A stretch of 64,000 nucleotides of DNA from Candidatus Kapaibacterium sp. (lineage in GTDB: Bacteria > Bacteroidota > Ignavibacteria > Kapaibacteriales > UBA2268): the NCBI GenBank assembly GCA_963664875.1, contig OY761611.1:2592001-2656000 (forward strand). Direction: 5' to 3'. Shown in pieces: positions 59,920-64,000 of this stretch; the stretch's first letter is position 1, and each line of letters begins with the position of its first letter. The notes under the pieces were generated by a model. The model searched no databases, was not told where the DNA came from, and saw only the letters and a program-made list of their open reading frames with translations. Both the position numbers and the translations under genes were made by a program.

Positions 59920-61977
59920 ATGAAAAAACTACTAAGTTCAATTTTTATATTGTTTGCCATTTGTACGGTTCAGTCTATAGCTAAAGTACAAGCTGATTCG
60001 CTGACCATAAGTAAAATTACAGAATATTGGCGGCAGGGTTCGATGTTTAGTGCAAAAGACATCGACTCATCAAGAATTTATTATCTAAAAGCCATCAATC
60101 TGAGTAAACAGTTTGACGACGAATTTTATCTGGCTTTTTCGCTTGCAAATTATGGCATATCCCTATCTTATTATGCAGAATACCAAGCTGCTCTTGATAC
60201 TCTAAAATTGGCTTATGTGCTTAGTCAAAAGACAGATTCTACTTATTTGAGCATATATGCCTTAACACAAATAGGTACAGTATATAAAGAAATGGGGCTT
60301 TTCGATAGTGCATTTATTTATTATAATGTAGCTGAAAAGGATTATGAAGCTCAGTTTTTGAATAATAAAGATACAGTTATGAGAAATCTGGGTGTTGCAG
60401 CAATCCTTTTTACAGATGTGGGACTAATGTTCCACAATATAGGATATTATGAAGAGGCTCTAAAATATTTTGATAAAGCTTTGAATTTAGGGATTGCACT
60501 CGACGACAAAAGAAGAGTTGCAGGCTCGTACATAAATATTGGGAATGTTTTTACTCAAGAAAAGTATAAAAATCATGCGAAGGCACTGGATTACTACAGA
60601 AAAGGACAGAAAATCTGCGAAGAGATAAATCATAAAAGGTATTTGGGAAATGTATTTGGCAATTATGTAAATATATTTGTCGAGATGGATCAATTGGACA
60701 GTGCCAATTATTATTACAAAAAAGCCAAAACTATCTTGGATGCACTTGACACAAAAGTGTCTTTAGCGATTTTGGCATCATCTTACTCCGATGTATTGAT
60801 GAAAGAAGGCAAAAGCAAAGAGCAGTTAGAACAGTTGCTCTATGGATACCAAATATCTAAAGAATACAATTTGAACAAAATGACAGCTGAATTTTCCAAA
60901 AAATTGTCAAATTACTATAATTCACACAAGCAATATGCCAATGCACAAATTTATCTAAACGAGTATGTAAACTTACAAGACAGTCTGTTTGACAGCAATC
61001 TCAATGATAGACTGATGCAAATAAGAATAAGCTCACTGCAGGAAAAAAAGCAAAACGAAATCCAACTGATAAATGCAGAAAAGGAGATACTTGCTGCACA
61101 AAAACGCACAAGCTATATAATCAATTTATCGCTTTCGCTTGGTTCGTTGATACTTATGTTAGCTGCCTTTTTTCTTTATAAAACAAATAAGAAAAAAACG
61201 GAATACAGTACTGAATTGGAAGCTAAAAATGAAGAATTGGATTTACTTATCAGAAGTCTTTCCGAATCAAGGATGGAACTCGAGAAGACAAATAAAGCTA
61301 AAGACAAGTTTTTCTCAATAATTGCTCATGATCTCAAGAATCCACTAAGCACTTTTATTACAGTTACAGATTTCCTCAAAGATGACTATAAGGATATGCC
61401 TGACGAAGAAAAGGTATCATTTATTGAAGATATGAACCATTCTGCAAAGTCCTTGTATAGCCTTTTGGAAAACTTGCTTTATTGGTCTCGCTCTCAAATG
61501 GGAGTTATAGACTTTCATCCGATGGATCTTGACATAAATTATCTCGTCCGTCAGAGCAAAGATGTTCTTTTTTTGCAGGCACAAAACAAAAATATCAGCA
61601 TAAACCTCGAGCTATCAGAACTTCGACCTGTGGCGGCAGATGCAAATATGCTCATGACTGTTGTAAGAAATTTAATGTCAAATGCTATAAAATTTACTCC
61701 TCTTGCAGGGAAAATTGAGGTAAAAACAGGATATTTTGAAAAATATGTTTATATTAGAGTAAAAGACTCCGGTGTGGGTATTCCTCAGGAAAAAATGAAA
61801 GAGCTGTTTGAACCGTCTAAGTTTGAATCTAACCCAGGCACTGCTAACGAAAAAGGTACAGGACTTGGTTTGGTGCTCTGCAATGAGTTTGTACAAAAAC
61901 ACAACGGAAGAATAGAAGTAGAAAGTCAAGTCATGGAAGGCTCAATTTTTACAGTTTTAATACCAATCGGTAGTTAA
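59920..61977 (+). CDS. TPR-containing sensor histidine kinase
   Basis: Signal peptide, TPRs, TM helix, IAHDLKNP (H box), NLMSNAIKF, DSGVG, GTGLGL. Confidence 0.93.
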   Translation: MKKLLSSIFILFAICTVQSIAKVQADSLTISKITEYWRQGSMFSAKDIDSSRIYYLKAINLSKQFDDEFYLAFSLANYGISLSYYAEYQAALDTLKLAYVLSQKTDSTYLSIYALTQIGTVYKEMGLFDSAFIYYNVAEKDYEAQFLNNKDTVMRNLGVAAILFTDVGLMFHNIGYYEEALKYFDKALNLGIALDDKRRVAGSYINIGNVFTQEKYKNHAKALDYYRKGQKICEEINHKRYLGNVFGNYVNIFVEMDQLDSANYYYKKAKTILDALDTKVSLAILASSYSDVLMKEGKSKEQLEQLLYGYQISKEYNLNKMTAEFSKKLSNYYNSHKQYANAQIYLNEYVNLQDSLFDSNLNDRLMQIRISSLQEKKQNEIQLINAEKEILAAQKRTSYIINLSLSLGSLILMLAAFFLYKTNKKKTEYSTELEAKNEELDLLIRSLSESRMELEKTNKAKDKFFSIIAHDLKNPLSTFITVTDFLKDDYKDMPDEEKVSFIEDMNHSAKSLYSLLENLLYWSRSQMGVIDFHPMDLDINYLVRQSKDVLFLQAQNKNISINLELSELRPVAADANMLMTVVRNLMSNAIKFTPLAGKIEVKTGYFEKYVYIRVKDSGVGIPQEKMKELFEPSKFESNPGTANEKGTGLGLVLCNEFVQKHNGRIEVESQVMEGSIFTVLIPIGS

Positions 61978-64000
61978 TGAGAGTATTATTTTATATATTA
62001 TTTTTCCTATTATCCTTTGCTGTCTCATTCGCGGATTCAAGCATAAAGGATTTGGAAAAACGTTTAGAAACTGCTGAAATAGATGATAAGATTATTATTC
62101 TAAATAAGCTTGCAGAGCTCTATTCGGATAAAGATGCCAAAAGATCCATCGACTATGCCACAAAAGCTGCTGAGCTTTCGAAACCGCAGCAGAATCGCCG
62201 TCAAATTGCAAGAGCTTTTAATACAATTGGTAAAGCACATATACATGCAGGCAAAACTCAATATTCAATAGAGTACTTTAAAAAAGCTCTTCAGTTAAAT
62301 AAATACCTTAAAGACTATTTGGAATTAGCAAAAACGCTAAACAATATCGGTGTAGCCCACAGATACACAAGTAACTATTCTTCTGCTCTTAAATATCATC
62401 TCGAAGCTATCGAGTACAGCCAGAGAGCTTCTTCCATCGAGCAGTTAGTCGAATCATATAATAACGCCGGCATCATCTTCCGAAATATAAAACTTGAAAA
62501 CAAAGCGCTTGAATTTTACGATAAAGCACTCAATGTGAGTAAAAGCAACAATTACAAAATGGGAATTGCTCTTTCTTTAAATAACATCGGTACTTTTTAC
62601 TGGTACGCCGGTGATAATGACAAAGCACTTGATTATTATGAGAAAGCAAAATTAGAATTTAAGCAGATAGATTCCTTGGGTGATGGTGTTGCCGGTTCTT
62701 ACAATAATATAGCTAACGTTTACCGCACAATGGGTAATTATGCCAAGGCTTTGCAGCTATATACCAAGTCTTTAGATTTGAGTACTGATAACGGCGACAT
62801 GAATTTGATGGCAGTTACTATGAAAAATATTGGTGTCTGCTATAAGTTGCAAAAGGATTATGTAACAGCATTAGATTATCTCAGAAATGCACTGAGACTT
62901 GCCAATGAAATATCACTAAACAAATATGTACTGGATACTTACTTTGAGCTTTCTGATTTATATACTTTACTTGGCAACTCCGATAAAGCTCTTGAGTATT
63001 TTAAAATGTATTCCGAAAGGAAAGACTCACTTTTCACTCAATATACAAGCACTGTGGTTGCCGAGCTCGGAGCAAAGTACGAAATGGACAGTAAGGTTCG
63101 CGAAAATGAAATGCTAAAAGCGGACATTCAGACTTCCGAAACTACCCGTAACTACATGGCAATTATTGTTGTGCTTGTGTTTGTGATAGCCGCTGTGTTG
63201 CTAAGCAAAAACAGAGCTTCCAAAAAAGCAAATGATAAGCTCACTAAACAAAATGAAACTATTACCAAGCAAAAAGATGAATTAGATATGCTGTTGAGTG
63301 ATTTGAAAAAAAGTGAAGAAGCACTCAAATCTGCAAATAGTGCAAAAGATAAGCTCTTCTCCGTTATCGGGCATGATCTCAAAAATCCTATGCACATAAT
63401 TTTATCTTCGTCGTCATTAGCTTTAGAGCATTTCAAAAAAGAGAATTGGTCAAAGCTCGAAAATCATTTGTTTAAAATTACCAAAAACACAAATATTTCT
63501 ATAGAACTTCTCAACAACCTGCTGCAATGGGCTCGTTCCCAAAGTAAAGGGCTTCAGGTTTCTCCTAAACTTGTATCCGTTGAGGATTTGCTCACTCCTC
63601 TCAATGACCTTCTCGACGAAATGAAATCACGCAAAAGCATTACCGTCGAAGCAAATATCGATAAAAATGCAACAGCTTTTGCAGATGTAAATATGCTTTC
63701 TACTGTCTTGCGCAATTTGCTTTCTAATGCTATGAAATTTACCAACAGGAACGGTAATATAGTTATCAGTGCTGATGTTATAGATGATTTGCTCTACTTG
63801 AAAGTAAAAGACAATGGAGTCGGTATTAGCGAAGCGGCACTTGAAAAACTTTTTGATCCCGGAAGCAATTATACAAGCAGAGGTACTGACGATGAAAAAG
63901 GTACAGGCCTAGGGCTAATTCTTTGCAAAGAGTTTGTAGATAAAAACAACGGTAGAATAGAAGTAAGTAGCAAGCTGAACGAAGGGACAGAGTTTACAGT
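61977..64000 (+). CDS. Second TPR-containing sensor histidine kinase (3' end just outside the window; absent from the ORF track)
   Basis: ATG overlaps the previous TAA. MRVLFYILF signal, NNIG TPRs, GHDLKNP, NLLSNAMKF, DNGVG, GTGLGL. Confidence 0.9.
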   Translation, partial: MRVLFYILFFLLSFAVSFADSSIKDLEKRLETAEIDDKIIILNKLAELYSDKDAKRSIDYATKAAELSKPQQNRRQIARAFNTIGKAHIHAGKTQYSIEYFKKALQLNKYLKDYLELAKTLNNIGVAHRYTSNYSSALKYHLEAIEYSQRASSIEQLVESYNNAGIIFRNIKLENKALEFYDKALNVSKSNNYKMGIALSLNNIGTFYWYAGDNDKALDYYEKAKLEFKQIDSLGDGVAGSYNNIANVYRTMGNYAKALQLYTKSLDLSTDNGDMNLMAVTMKNIGVCYKLQKDYVTALDYLRNALRLANEISLNKYVLDTYFELSDLYTLLGNSDKALEYFKMYSERKDSLFTQYTSTVVAELGAKYEMDSKVRENEMLKADIQTSETTRNYMAIIVVLVFVIAAVLLSKNRASKKANDKLTKQNETITKQKDELDMLLSDLKKSEEALKSANSAKDKLFSVIGHDLKNPMHIILSSSSLALEHFKKENWSKLENHLFKITKNTNISIELLNNLLQWARSQSKGLQVSPKLVSVEDLLTPLNDLLDEMKSRKSITVEANIDKNATAFADVNMLSTVLRNLLSNAMKFTNRNGNIVISADVIDDLLYLKVKDNGVGISEAALEKLFDPGSNYTSRGTDDEKGTGLGLILCKEFVDKNNGRIEVSSKLNEGTEFT

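Noticed and set aside
1414-63745. Numerous 60-195 aa ORFs antisense to or nested in longer genes
   Set aside because: Shadow ORFs of well-supported genes, with no independent motifs.

Overview
AT-rich bacterial chromosomal segment, most likely from the FCB group (Ca. Kapabacteria/Ignavibacteria-like). This is inferred from many type IX secretion (T9SS) C-terminal domains, a Bacteroidota-type serine palmitoyltransferase, a PorE-like OmpA protein and recurring TA(T/A)NTTG promoter boxes. Housekeeping genes (tyrS, recA, rlmB, queF/queD, murA, sppA, lepB, gmd/fcl, megL) are interleaved with accessory loci. (i) An ISAs1 element sits inside a REP-like repeat. (ii) Two independent tandem arrays of secreted beta-propeller proteins (4 WD40-type, 3+1 BNR-type) have near-identical ends and variable, mosaic centres; the first is punctuated by nested REP clusters. 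(iii) An ECF sigma factor is translationally coupled to a membrane-anchored anti-sigma-like protein that ends in a T9SS cargo signal. (iv) A solitary AIPR-like gene has a multi-hairpin leader and a 3' hairpin. (v) Two further candidate structured RNAs occur, one behind an ECF-type promoter that recurs in the window. No rRNA, tRNA, CRISPR array or reverse transcriptase was seen. All assignments come from reading motifs by eye; no database search or folding program was run.
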